A stretch of 34,786 bases of DNA from Chlamydiales bacterium. Lineage in GTDB: Bacteria; Chlamydiota; Chlamydiia; Chlamydiales; JBDQID01. Of this stretch, positions 18,322 to 27,011 are shown in pieces; within the stretch, counting starts at the first letter, position 1, and every line of letters starts with the position of its first letter. The translations under genes were made by a program, and so were the position numbers. Where the stretch lies: NCBI GenBank assembly GCA_047611865.1, contig JBLFWS010000015.1, positions 1 to 34,786 of the forward strand. Direction: 5' to 3'. A model generated the notes under the pieces. The model was not told the DNA's origin. It ran no database searches and saw nothing but the letters and a program-made list of their open reading frames with translations.

Positions 18322-19221
18322 ATGTTGGCAGCAGCCCTTGAGCCATCGGGAGAGGGAACATATCTCAAGTTTTTTTTAGATACTGCCACTGAAAGTGATG
18401 ACCCTTCTCATTTCGTTATATTGTTTTTGATGGGTATGATGCGTTTGTTACCGATATTGGCTATCACGCCATTTTTTGGTGCAAGGATACTGCCACATCC
18501 GGTGAAAGCAGCTATGGGGATTACCCTATACCTGATCCTAATGCCACATATCCTTTTGACCACCAGCACGACCATGACAGTAAACTTGACCTTGTTTACC
18601 TATGGTATCAAGGAATTGTTTATTGGAAGCCTGATGGGAATTCTTGCTTCGGTACCCTTTTTTATTGCTGAAACAGCTGGAATATATATTGATCACCAGA
18701 GGGGTGGTTCGAGTTTGATGGTTCAGGATCCGCACCTTCAGAACCAAGATTCGCCTTTGGGAATTATCTGGAACTATATTCTTATAGTGACTTTTTATGT
18801 TCTGGATGGTCAGTTCATATTTATTGAAGCGATTATACGATCCTACACTCTCGTTCCTATTGATGCCTGGTTTAGTAATATCTTTTTTGAAGATGACTCT
18901 ATGTTCTGGGAGCAAATAATGGGTATTATGGCTTACGTAATGAGGGTAGGGATAAAGATTGGGTCACCAGCTCTATTGACTATTTTAATGACTGAAGTTT
19001 TTCTTGGTATTGCTAATAGACTCGCTCCAAATGTGATGATCACTTTTTTGGGGATGCCTTTGAAATCACTCTTTGGATTGGGTATTATTTGCCTTGGGTG
19101 GGGCTATATCACAAATCAGATGAAGTACGAGATGATGACCTGGCTAATTAAGCTGCAGGAAATGGTTGAAATGTTTGGATATGGTTTTCGTCCAGGAGAA
19201 GGGGCGGTACCCTGGCAGTAA
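18322..19221 (+). CDS. sctT: T3SS export apparatus SctT
   Basis: 'AGIYIDHQRG' and 'LGIANRLAPNVMITFLGMPLKS'. Confidence 0.95.
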   Translation: MLAAALEPSGEGTYLKFFLDTATESDDPSHFVILFLMGMMRLLPILAITPFFGARILPHPVKAAMGITLYLILMPHILLTTSTTMTVNLTLFTYGIKELFIGSLMGILASVPFFIAETAGIYIDHQRGGSSLMVQDPHLQNQDSPLGIIWNYILIVTFYVLDGQFIFIEAIIRSYTLVPIDAWFSNIFFEDDSMFWEQIMGIMAYVMRVGIKIGSPALLTILMTEVFLGIANRLAPNVMITFLGMPLKSLFGLGIICLGWGYITNQMKYEMMTWLIKLQEMVEMFGYGFRPGEGAVPWQ

Positions 19222-19233
19222 TTAGGAGTTCTT

Positions 19234-19986
19234 ATGAAGCGTAAAAAACAAGGGAATGTGGAATGGCTTGAGTTTGAGCTTTTGTCTGAGCAGCCAATGG
19301 TTTCCCATGGAATTTTTTTACGACAGGGAGGAGTGAGTACAGGCAATTTTTCGAGCTTAAATCTGGCCTATGATCTGGGGGATGTTCCAGAGAGTGTAGC
19401 TTTGAACTTAGAGAGTGTACGAAAAGGTATGGGGATATCCAAACTTGTTTGGGCTAAACAGTGCCATGGTACATCCATTGCCGTTATTGATGAGAAGAGC
19501 TCAGAGAGTCTTGTAAACACCGACGGCTTTATGACTCAGACCAAGGGTATAGCTTCTTTAGTTAAACATGCTGATTGTCAGGCAGCGATTTTTTATGACC
19601 CAATCCACCACGCGATAGCAAATATTCACTCTGGTTGGCGAGGAAGTGTGCAGAATATTTATGCTGCTACAATTGAAGCTATGAATGCCACCTATCAATC
19701 TTCTCCTGAGAATATTTTAGTGTGTATCTCCCCAAGCCTTGGTCCAATAGCCGCAGAGTTTTTAGACTACAAAAAAGAACTCCCTGAGCATTTCTGGGAC
19801 TTTAAGAATGACTCATCTTGCTTTAACTTTTGGGAGATTAGCCGCTCTCAGCTACGAAAGGAGGGAGTTCTTCCGCATCATATCGAAATTGCAGAGTTGT
19901 GTACTTATTCTGATTCAGAAGATTTTTTTTCTTATAGAAGAAATAAGCTTACAGGACGACATGGTACTGTCGCGATGCTACTGTGA
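19234..19986 (+). CDS. pgeF: PgeF/YfiH purine nucleoside phosphorylase (laccase-domain) family
   Basis: 'GGVSTG..SLNL', 'QCHGT', 'HADCQA', 'HSGWRG' and 'FFSYRR'. Confidence 0.92.
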   Translation: MKRKKQGNVEWLEFELLSEQPMVSHGIFLRQGGVSTGNFSSLNLAYDLGDVPESVALNLESVRKGMGISKLVWAKQCHGTSIAVIDEKSSESLVNTDGFMTQTKGIASLVKHADCQAAIFYDPIHHAIANIHSGWRGSVQNIYAATIEAMNATYQSSPENILVCISPSLGPIAAEFLDYKKELPEHFWDFKNDSSCFNFWEISRSQLRKEGVLPHHIEIAELCTYSDSEDFFSYRRNKLTGRHGTVAMLL

Positions 19987-20019
19987 ATTTACTTTGAGGA
20001 TTTGATTTTTCTGGCATAC

Positions 20020-20187
20020 CTAGTACTTCATTTCAATCCGATTTTCGGGTTGAGCACCGATCTTTTACCGCCTAGCAAACTGTGGAGATCTCACTAACAC
20101 CAAATGGGTTGGTTTCGATCTCCACAGTTCACCAGACGAAAAAATATCAGCACCCAACCTGAAAATCTAATTGAAATGCAGTACTAG
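20020..20187. repeat. ERIC-like long palindrome with CTAG ends (168 bp)
   Basis: CTAGTACT(T/G)CATTTCAAT terminal IR; inner stem AACTGTGGAGATC/GATCTCCACAGTT. Confidence 0.85.
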
Positions 20188-20273
20188 TGCTCTTTTAAGC
20201 TTGATATTGTAGGTAGCTTTATCGACCCTTTTTCACCTGGAAAAGCATGGAGATCTTACTAACAGAGCACTAG
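20184..20273. repeat. Truncated palindromic element sharing the CTAG with the preceding copy
   Basis: CTAGTGCTCT...AGAGCACTAG ends; internal 'tggagatcttactaac' matches the neighbour's 'tggagatctcactaac'. Confidence 0.65.
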
Positions 20274-20330
20274 TAAAAAAAGAGCATATTTGAGAATCTC
20301 CAAATTTCTAGCAAAGGGCAAGAGGGTTTT

Positions 20331-21290
20331 ATGAGACAGATACCTCGAATGACAGAAGATGACATCCGTAGTTTATTAGGAGAGGGTACTTTTTCCCGTG
20401 GGGAAGAGTATTTAAAGGGTATTATTATTAGAGAAACTTGTTATGAGCGGTCAGCCATATATGGCCAATGCGCGAACAATTCCGACTTGACTTATGATGT
20501 AAAAATAAGCTTTCACCAAAATCAATTTCAGGGTTCTTCCTGTTCTTGTTTTCCATTAGAAAATCAACCCTGTGTTCATGTGACTGCTTTGTTGATTTAC
20601 TGGGTTAACAATCCCGAAAAGTTTGAAACCCTAGAAAAAATAGAATCTCTTTTGGAGATGGTAAGTAAGGAAGATTTGCTTAACATACTCTCGAGTATGT
20701 TAACTTACCACCCCAGCTTGAGGCGTTTAGCGCGTTCATTAATAGTTACGGGGAAAGTAACAAAAACTGCAGCTGATGAAAGCTATACTCATGAGGTTTC
20801 AGAGATATTTCAACGAGTAGGTTCTGCGTGGGATGTGGAGACACAACTGCACAAAGATTTAAGAACTATAAAAGTTTTGGGGGACGATTTAATACAAAAA
20901 GGAGATTATGGTGGAGCTCTCTCGATTTATGATGCTTTGTGCATGGGGATCTTGAATAATTATCTCAATCTTTTTGATGAGGGTGGAGAGCTTTTGAAGA
21001 TTGTTCGAGATTGCATCTCTAATCTCAGTGAATTACTAGAGGTCGAGCAAAGTAATGCGAGTTTGCGAGGTACGGTTCTTGGAAATCTATTTAGAATTTA
21101 TCGAACAGACATGCGTTATGGTTGTATTGGTTTTGGAGAGCAAATTCCTGATGCTATGGTTAAGCTGGCAAATAGCGATGAGAAAAATAAAATTGTACTC
21201 TGGATTGAAGAGCAACTTAATTCAAGAACAAATGCCGAAGATGACTATCAAGTGGAAGGCTATCGTCAATTTTTAAGTAGCCTGAACTAG
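20331..21290 (+). CDS. SWIM zinc-finger protein
   Basis: 'FSRGEEY' and CSC-x7-PCVH (CxC..CxH) followed by a helical domain. Confidence 0.85.
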   Translation: MRQIPRMTEDDIRSLLGEGTFSRGEEYLKGIIIRETCYERSAIYGQCANNSDLTYDVKISFHQNQFQGSSCSCFPLENQPCVHVTALLIYWVNNPEKFETLEKIESLLEMVSKEDLLNILSSMLTYHPSLRRLARSLIVTGKVTKTAADESYTHEVSEIFQRVGSAWDVETQLHKDLRTIKVLGDDLIQKGDYGGALSIYDALCMGILNNYLNLFDEGGELLKIVRDCISNLSELLEVEQSNASLRGTVLGNLFRIYRTDMRYGCIGFGEQIPDAMVKLANSDEKNKIVLWIEEQLNSRTNAEDDYQVEGYRQFLSSLN

Positions 21291-21428
21291 TATCCTGTTA
21301 TGCAAAATTTTATGATGTTTTCATCGGTCTTGTCACGTCCAAAAAACATGGAGACGTTGCGGATATAGCAATGTTTACTTAGATAAGCATGTGCCGTCAG
21401 AGGTCTCTCTGCAAGCCAAGCTCCAATC

Positions 21429-23492
21429 TTAATTTTTTGGAACATCTATCTTGTGAATCAGAAGAACTGAAGCCTCACTTTTTTCACCAATTGTGATAGG
21501 AATTTCAAAAAAGATGCTGTCCACAAAACAGGCATTATTTTCTTGGCAATAGTAGATCACGGCTTCGAGCTCAATTTTCCCTTCTTTAAATTCATCCCCT
21601 ACTTTGAAAGGGATACTTACATTTTGCTCTTCGAGAAGCAGTCCTGTTTTATCGTTTGATAATAGAGAGAGACCTTTAGAAGTAATATCCAAAACATGCC
21701 ATTTACTTAGTGGTCCTTCGATGTAGTGGTAGTCTTGGGGGAGTTCTATTTGGAGAGAAATGACTCCTTCCGATCCTGGGGAAACCCTTAGCTCTGATGA
21801 TGTGACGACACGTGTCCGTACTGGGTCTGTCAGGCGAGCATTTTCTTCGGTTTTTGGTTTAGGAATATTATTCATCACTTGGAGGGTGGAGACTTGATTA
21901 TTTTTTAAGTTAATCAATCGGATGAAATGATTATTTGTGTCGGCTACATAAAGTTTTTGGTTTTCATCGTCAAGAGCAAAGCCAGATGGTTCGGAAAATT
22001 CAGTTTCAAGTCCTATGCCATCGAGGTAGCCTGACTTTCCTGAGCCGACCCATTTTTCGATCGTGTTATCTTCAGGATTTAGGAGTTTTAAACGATGGTT
22101 GTAAGTGTCTGCTACGATAATTCGTTTTTTCTCTTTCCACCAAACGACCCCAAGCGCATGTTGTAGCTTTGCGCGATCTCCTTGGCCGTCGATATCTCCA
22201 TATGAAAATAGGTTGTAGGGGTTACTATTGTCTCCACCGACGAGAGTTTTGGAGTGAAGATTTTGTAGGTCAATAGAACGAACACTGCTGCTTTCACTGT
22301 CCGCAACAAACATCACCCCATCACCTATACTTAGACCAGAAGGCTGTGCCCAGGCAGCCTTTAGGGGATTATGGCTATTGAAGTTTTGTTCAGCACCATA
22401 GCCACTGAAAACTTGCATGATATCAGTGGAGAAATTATATGCCCAAATTTGATGGGTGCCAGCCATAGCCACATAAAGAAGCTCGTCGGAAAGGACCAAG
22501 TCCCATGGGGAGCTTATTTCTTGTTCTTTCCCATGTCGGCCACCCTGATAATCCCGGCCCTGGATGCCAGTACCAATAAGTGTGTGGACTCGATGTTGTG
22601 ATAAATCAACCAATCGGACGGCGTGATTTTCTGTATCTGCAACGTAGAGTTTGTTGTCATGATAAGCTAGTCCCTGGGTTCTGTTAAACTGTGCTTCAGC
22701 ATAAGAGCCATCATTTAATCCCGGAATTCCAGAGCCGATAAGATCAATGAGCTGTCCCTCGAGGTCCGTAATTAATATCCGGTTTTGATTTGAATCACTG
22801 ATAAATAATCGTTTGCCTTCTTGGTCCAGAGCCAATTTTCCAGGGAAGCGAATTGGCGAGGTGGGGACATTCTTTTCCTTCTCAAGAACAATATCCAATG
22901 GGGTGTTGTTAAGTTCAGAGGAAGAGTAAAATTCTAATGCCGCGGCAATAAAATGGTCGAGGTTATCCCGCTGGCCTTCTCCTGAAAAGATAGTTAGAAG
23001 ATTTCCCTTCGGACCAATTACGGCAAGGGAGGGCCAACTTCGGATACTCAAAGAGTTCCAAAGAAATAGTTCGATGTCGTTGACGACAGGGTGAGTGATT
23101 TCATAGCGAATGATTGCTTGTCGGATATTTTCGGAATCTTTTTCATTGTCAAATTTTGCGGAATGGACACCTACAAAAGCAACGGGGTCGTGCTCGAATT
23201 TTTTTTCTAAAAAAGCCAAATCGGGTAGTATGTGGATGCAGTTTATACAGCAGTATGTCCAAAAATCCAATACGGTAATTTTACCCTTTAGTTCTCTTTC
23301 AAAGCTCAGAGGGGCTGAATTAAACCAATCCTGTTGTTTTCTAAAGTCCGGAGTTTTTAAATCAAAAGATAATGGATCGACTCTTTGGATATGCGATTTC
23401 ATTTGATCTAATTTTTCTGGATCATAGTCTGCAAAAGTAGGAAGGAAAAGAAGCGTCAAAAGGAGGCTAGACAAACGTATTAGGGAAATCAA
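21429..23492 (-). CDS. Secreted thioredoxin-like + NHL beta-propeller protein (NHLRC2/SOQ1-like)
   Basis: Signal peptide; DFWTYCCINC; 'GVHSAKFDNEKD'; multiple 'YVADT.NH' NHL repeats; C-terminal 'YYCQENNAC'. TTG start after GGAG. Confidence 0.9.
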   Translation of the reverse strand: MISLIRLSSLLLTLLFLPTFADYDPEKLDQMKSHIQRVDPLSFDLKTPDFRKQQDWFNSAPLSFERELKGKITVLDFWTYCCINCIHILPDLAFLEKKFEHDPVAFVGVHSAKFDNEKDSENIRQAIIRYEITHPVVNDIELFLWNSLSIRSWPSLAVIGPKGNLLTIFSGEGQRDNLDHFIAAALEFYSSSELNNTPLDIVLEKEKNVPTSPIRFPGKLALDQEGKRLFISDSNQNRILITDLEGQLIDLIGSGIPGLNDGSYAEAQFNRTQGLAYHDNKLYVADTENHAVRLVDLSQHRVHTLIGTGIQGRDYQGGRHGKEQEISSPWDLVLSDELLYVAMAGTHQIWAYNFSTDIMQVFSGYGAEQNFNSHNPLKAAWAQPSGLSIGDGVMFVADSESSSVRSIDLQNLHSKTLVGGDNSNPYNLFSYGDIDGQGDRAKLQHALGVVWWKEKKRIIVADTYNHRLKLLNPEDNTIEKWVGSGKSGYLDGIGLETEFSEPSGFALDDENQKLYVADTNNHFIRLINLKNNQVSTLQVMNNIPKPKTEENARLTDPVRTRVVTSSELRVSPGSEGVISLQIELPQDYHYIEGPLSKWHVLDITSKGLSLLSNDKTGLLLEEQNVSIPFKVGDEFKEGKIELEAVIYYCQENNACFVDSIFFEIPITIGEKSEASVLLIHKIDVPKN

Positions 23493-23521
23493 GGGAACTC
23501 CAGTAATTATTTGAAGAGACT

Positions 23522-23667
23522 ATATGGAGGCGTGAAGGGGAAAAGATAGCTTGGGGTGATCATCTGCACACTGTCTGCTTCTCTGTAAATTCTTGCTGAG
23601 ATGTAAATCTCGGCTGCCGCACAATATGAACACCTCAAGCTACCCTTTCCCCCTCACGCCTCCATAT
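23522..23667. repeat. 146-bp MITE-like element with ~40-bp inverted arms
   Basis: ATATGGAGGCGTGAAGGGGAAAAGATAGCTTGGGGTGATCAT versus the reverse complement of the right arm, ATATGGAGGCGTGAGGGGGAAAGGGTAGCTTGAGGTGTTCAT. Confidence 0.8.
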
Positions 23668-23797
23668 TTGCTTTTTTACCTATTTTTTAAAAGTTTATAT
23701 CAAAAATAGAAAGAATCTTGTTGGCATGGAAATAACTCTTCTTCTAGGATGCTAAAAATGGTCTTGAAATATGTAAGTACTTTTATTCAGGAGGTTT

Positions 23798-24202
23798 ATG
23801 ATGTCAGGTCCTATTGAGAATATGCCCGTTAATACTAATATTGAAAATACGGGGAATACATCGAATGAAATTCCTCCCGTAAGTAATTCCGAAGAAAGGG
23901 TTTCAGAGCTAGCTCAAATGGCAGTTAAGCCAAGTGAAAACCCAATCTTAAATCCAGCAAGTACTAAAAGGGAAAAGGAAAGATGTTACGTTTCCACTTG
24001 TAAGAAGCGAATAACGATTGTTAGTAGGCATGAATGTAATGGTTGCAATGAGGTTTTGGGAAAAGTTGTAGCTTATTGTAGTAAGCATAGATTGGCGAGC
24101 GATCACGACTGTAGCTTTGACTACAGAAAGGCTCACCAGGAGAAATTGAGAAAAGAGAATCCTCTTGTTGTTGCTAGCAAAAACCCGGGATGGGATTTTT
24201 AA
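23798..24202 (+). CDS. Eukaryote-like AN1-type zinc-finger protein
   Basis: C-x4-C..C-x2-C..YCSKHR-x3-DHDC-SFDY..LRKENPLVVASK. Strong RBS AGGAGG; low-complexity N-terminus. Confidence 0.9.
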   Translation: MMSGPIENMPVNTNIENTGNTSNEIPPVSNSEERVSELAQMAVKPSENPILNPASTKREKERCYVSTCKKRITIVSRHECNGCNEVLGKVVAYCSKHRLASDHDCSFDYRKAHQEKLRKENPLVVASKNPGWDF

Positions 24203-24249
24203 CTCAGACCACAACTTAGTCATGCTATTTACTTTTGCTTACTCATAGC

Positions 24250-25353
24250 TCAATAATTCTCATCGTCAGATGAGCGAGGTAGCCATACTCTAAAATCTGC
24301 AGTATTTTTTGTTAAGTTGTAGGTGGCTTCGGTTTCAAGTTCTAGCTTAACCTTCTTTTCAGGGTTTTCCATGTTTATCAGCCCCATTCTCGTGCGGGCG
24401 CTTGCAATGGTATCACCGGTGGTATTGAGTTCCCATATGGGGGAATTTAGGTTTCGTGTGTCTAAAAATTCAGGGGACAGTTCTGCATCAATCCCGGTGA
24501 GAGCTTGGGGATGGCTTTTTAAAAAGTTGTGAATAATGAAGCTGCCTTTGTTAAATCTATTCTTACTATCGAATAGCGGAATTCCACAAAATGGCTCCAG
24601 TGAGGCTTGTTGCATTACATGTGATAAGGTTTCAAACAATTTTGGAGTAGATTTGACACTTTTATAGAGATCAGAAGGCATGGTCTTATTCATGAATGTC
24701 TCTTCGATCTCAAGGTCTCGAATGGATCGACGAATTTTGTCGATTCTTTTTTTAAGGTTGAATATTTTTCCTTTGCGAACGTTTTTTCTAGAGAGAGACT
24801 TTAGAAGTGTTGATAAGCGTTCTTCCTTTTCTGCGATTAAGTTTTTTAATTCCCTTTTTTCAACTAATTCAGCATCGGAAGGATACTGTATATCATTGAT
24901 TTTTACATATGGAACTCTTTCCAAGTCTCTTATAAATGCGGAAGGAAGACGAAAATCTTGATCTTCAAAAGAGAAGGAACTTGTGCGGGAATCAGGGTGT
25001 AAAAGGGCGGCATTTCTATCGAAAATGGCTCTATGTGTTCTGACTAGTTGGGACTCAGAGCTGTTACTAATAATTTCGGATATGCTGCTGTTTTGGAATC
25101 GTAGAATACTCAAACATAGAATTGTGATGCTTATCGATGCGATTGCCAATGAGCAAATTGTATAGGAAGCAAGTGCTGAGGATGAGTAGGCTAATAGGGT
25201 AGCAAAGCTTGCGGAAACAATAGCTAAAGTCTTAAGAGCAAGGGTATTTGTATTATAAATTAATTTAATCGTTGGGCTGTTTCGATGAGGTCGCTCGAAA
25301 AGAGGAGGTGCTGCTTCAGAAATTGGGAAATGGTTTCTGTCTACTATACTCAT
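24250..25353 (-). CDS. Hypothetical Inc-like membrane protein with coiled coil
   Basis: About 45-aa bilobed hydrophobic segment near the N-terminus; coiled-coil 'ELKNLIAEKEERL..KIRRSIRDLE'. Confidence 0.7.
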   Translation of the reverse strand: MSIVDRNHFPISEAAPPLFERPHRNSPTIKLIYNTNTLALKTLAIVSASFATLLAYSSSALASYTICSLAIASISITILCLSILRFQNSSISEIISNSSESQLVRTHRAIFDRNAALLHPDSRTSSFSFEDQDFRLPSAFIRDLERVPYVKINDIQYPSDAELVEKRELKNLIAEKEERLSTLLKSLSRKNVRKGKIFNLKKRIDKIRRSIRDLEIEETFMNKTMPSDLYKSVKSTPKLFETLSHVMQQASLEPFCGIPLFDSKNRFNKGSFIIHNFLKSHPQALTGIDAELSPEFLDTRNLNSPIWELNTTGDTIASARTRMGLINMENPEKKVKLELETEATYNLTKNTADFRVWLPRSSDDENY

Positions 25354-25540
25354 ATTAACCTCGAATTTTATTTTAATAGAATTATAAGTGATACTTCCTT
25401 TTTTTTAAAGTACTTATATCTAGAGGCTTAAACTATTTTTTTTATTTCTTTGACTAAGGCTCCATTAGTTTCTTCCGATCATTTTAAAGGACAGTAAAGA
25501 AAGTTCACCGTGCCTCTTTCAACAAAGAGGGACTTGTAGA

Positions 25541-26032
25541 ATGGCAAACATAATTTCGTTACAGGATAGTCATTGTTTTGACTATGAGGCTGCGATTGAT
25601 GAAATTGAAATTATTGTGCCGAAGTATCTTGAAGCGTTGCGGTTTTTAGAAGATTCGCAAAGTTTTGAGGATATTCCGAATCTCATACAAAATGTAGAGA
25701 CCTATTGGCAGAGGTTGCTTTCTCTTTTACAGGATATCCAGAAGCTTGAAGATGATCCTAGTTTAAGAGATGCGATCACCAATACACAACAATCAGAATT
25801 ATCTTCGTTGGAAAGAATTTATCTAAAAATTAGTGAGCGAATAAATTTGTCCGAAAATCATTGGACAGAAGTAATGTGGAGAGCAGCGGAGACTGTGTTG
25901 ACAAGAATGGATGTCCTACTCGAGGGTTTGGATTTTGAGGAAGGGCATGATGACCGGGTGCTAATTCGGGAAATGCAGCGAGTCAATTTAGTTAAAGAGC
26001 AAGGAGATGTTAGTTTTCGTCAGACATCGTGA
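25541..26032 (+). CDS. Hypothetical acidic alpha-helical protein
   Basis: 163 aa ORF with plausible RBS and a downstream terminator. Confidence 0.65.
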   Translation: MANIISLQDSHCFDYEAAIDEIEIIVPKYLEALRFLEDSQSFEDIPNLIQNVETYWQRLLSLLQDIQKLEDDPSLRDAITNTQQSELSSLERIYLKISERINLSENHWTEVMWRAAETVLTRMDVLLEGLDFEEGHDDRVLIREMQRVNLVKEQGDVSFRQTS

Positions 26033-26068
26033 ATGGGTTGAAAAAATGATAGCGACAAAAGAAACGAC

Positions 26069-26105
26069 GCGCGGGAGGCCTCAAAAGCTTTTCCGCGCTT
26101 TTTTT
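26069..26105 (+). terminator. Intrinsic terminator between convergent genes
   Basis: Imperfect hairpin GCGCGGGAGGC..GCTTTTCCGCGC followed by T7. Confidence 0.65.
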
Positions 26106-26125
26106 GTCAGACCTCGAAATGTGAG

Positions 26126-26956
26126 TTATTGTCTACAATGACGGAAATTAGTCGGGGTAGATTCGAAATTTGAGCGGAAAGGATTGATATCCAGGCCCCC
26201 TCTCCTTGTATATCGACCATAGACAGTCAATTTATCAGGGCGGCAGCAGTGAGAAAGATCCATAAAAATTCTTTCAACACACTGTTCGTGGAATTCATTG
26301 TGCTCTCGAAATGAAATTAAGTACTTTAATAAGCTTTCATGATGGATTTTTGGACCAATATAATGAATTTGAAGGCTTGCCCAATCAGGCTGGCCGGTAA
26401 CCAGGCAGTTCGATTTCAAAAGGTTACTATATAGGGTCTCATCAACTGTGTCCTCACCACTTTTAAGGTAATCAGCATGTACACGGTATGAACTTACCTC
26501 TATATCTAAATCATCAAGGCAAGTCCCTTCAAACTCTTGAATTTTAGCTAGATGGAAGTCCTGTGGCGTGATTAAATTGACTTGTATTTTTTCCCCCACT
26601 CCTTTTGAAATGTCTTTTTCTAAAATAATCATCACTTCTTGGGATGAAGCGAAAGGACTTTGGTTAAAAGAATTTAGGTAAAGTTTGAATGATTTGGATT
26701 CTATTATGTTTGGGGAGGTGCAAGGAATAACAAATTCAGCAATAGCTACCTGAGGTTTACCTTTTGGATTTAACCAAGATATTTCGTATGCGTTCCATAG
26801 ATCTACACCTTCAAAGGGCAACTGTTCAGGTACTTGAATTTCATCTCTTTTTGTTTTCCGAGGAATGGGGAAGAGAAGAGAGGGGGTATATGAAGTAATA
26901 TAGGATGAGGGTTTCCCTAGAGGAGACATCTCTATATTTTTTTGATTCATTGTCAT
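26126..26956 (-). CDS. queF: NADPH-dependent preQ0 reductase QueF (type II)
   Basis: 'WNAYEISWLN.KGKP', 'IESKSFKLYLNSFNQ', 'SNCLVTGQPDW', 'EFHEQCVE' and 'YTRRGGLDINPFRS'. Confidence 0.97.
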   Translation of the reverse strand: MTMNQKNIEMSPLGKPSSYITSYTPSLLFPIPRKTKRDEIQVPEQLPFEGVDLWNAYEISWLNPKGKPQVAIAEFVIPCTSPNIIESKSFKLYLNSFNQSPFASSQEVMIILEKDISKGVGEKIQVNLITPQDFHLAKIQEFEGTCLDDLDIEVSSYRVHADYLKSGEDTVDETLYSNLLKSNCLVTGQPDWASLQIHYIGPKIHHESLLKYLISFREHNEFHEQCVERIFMDLSHCCRPDKLTVYGRYTRRGGLDINPFRSNFESTPTNFRHCRQ

Positions 26957-27011
26957 TCTCTTAATTCAGTAGAAAAATATTAAATTTATAATAACTCTTC
27001 GTTATCCATAA

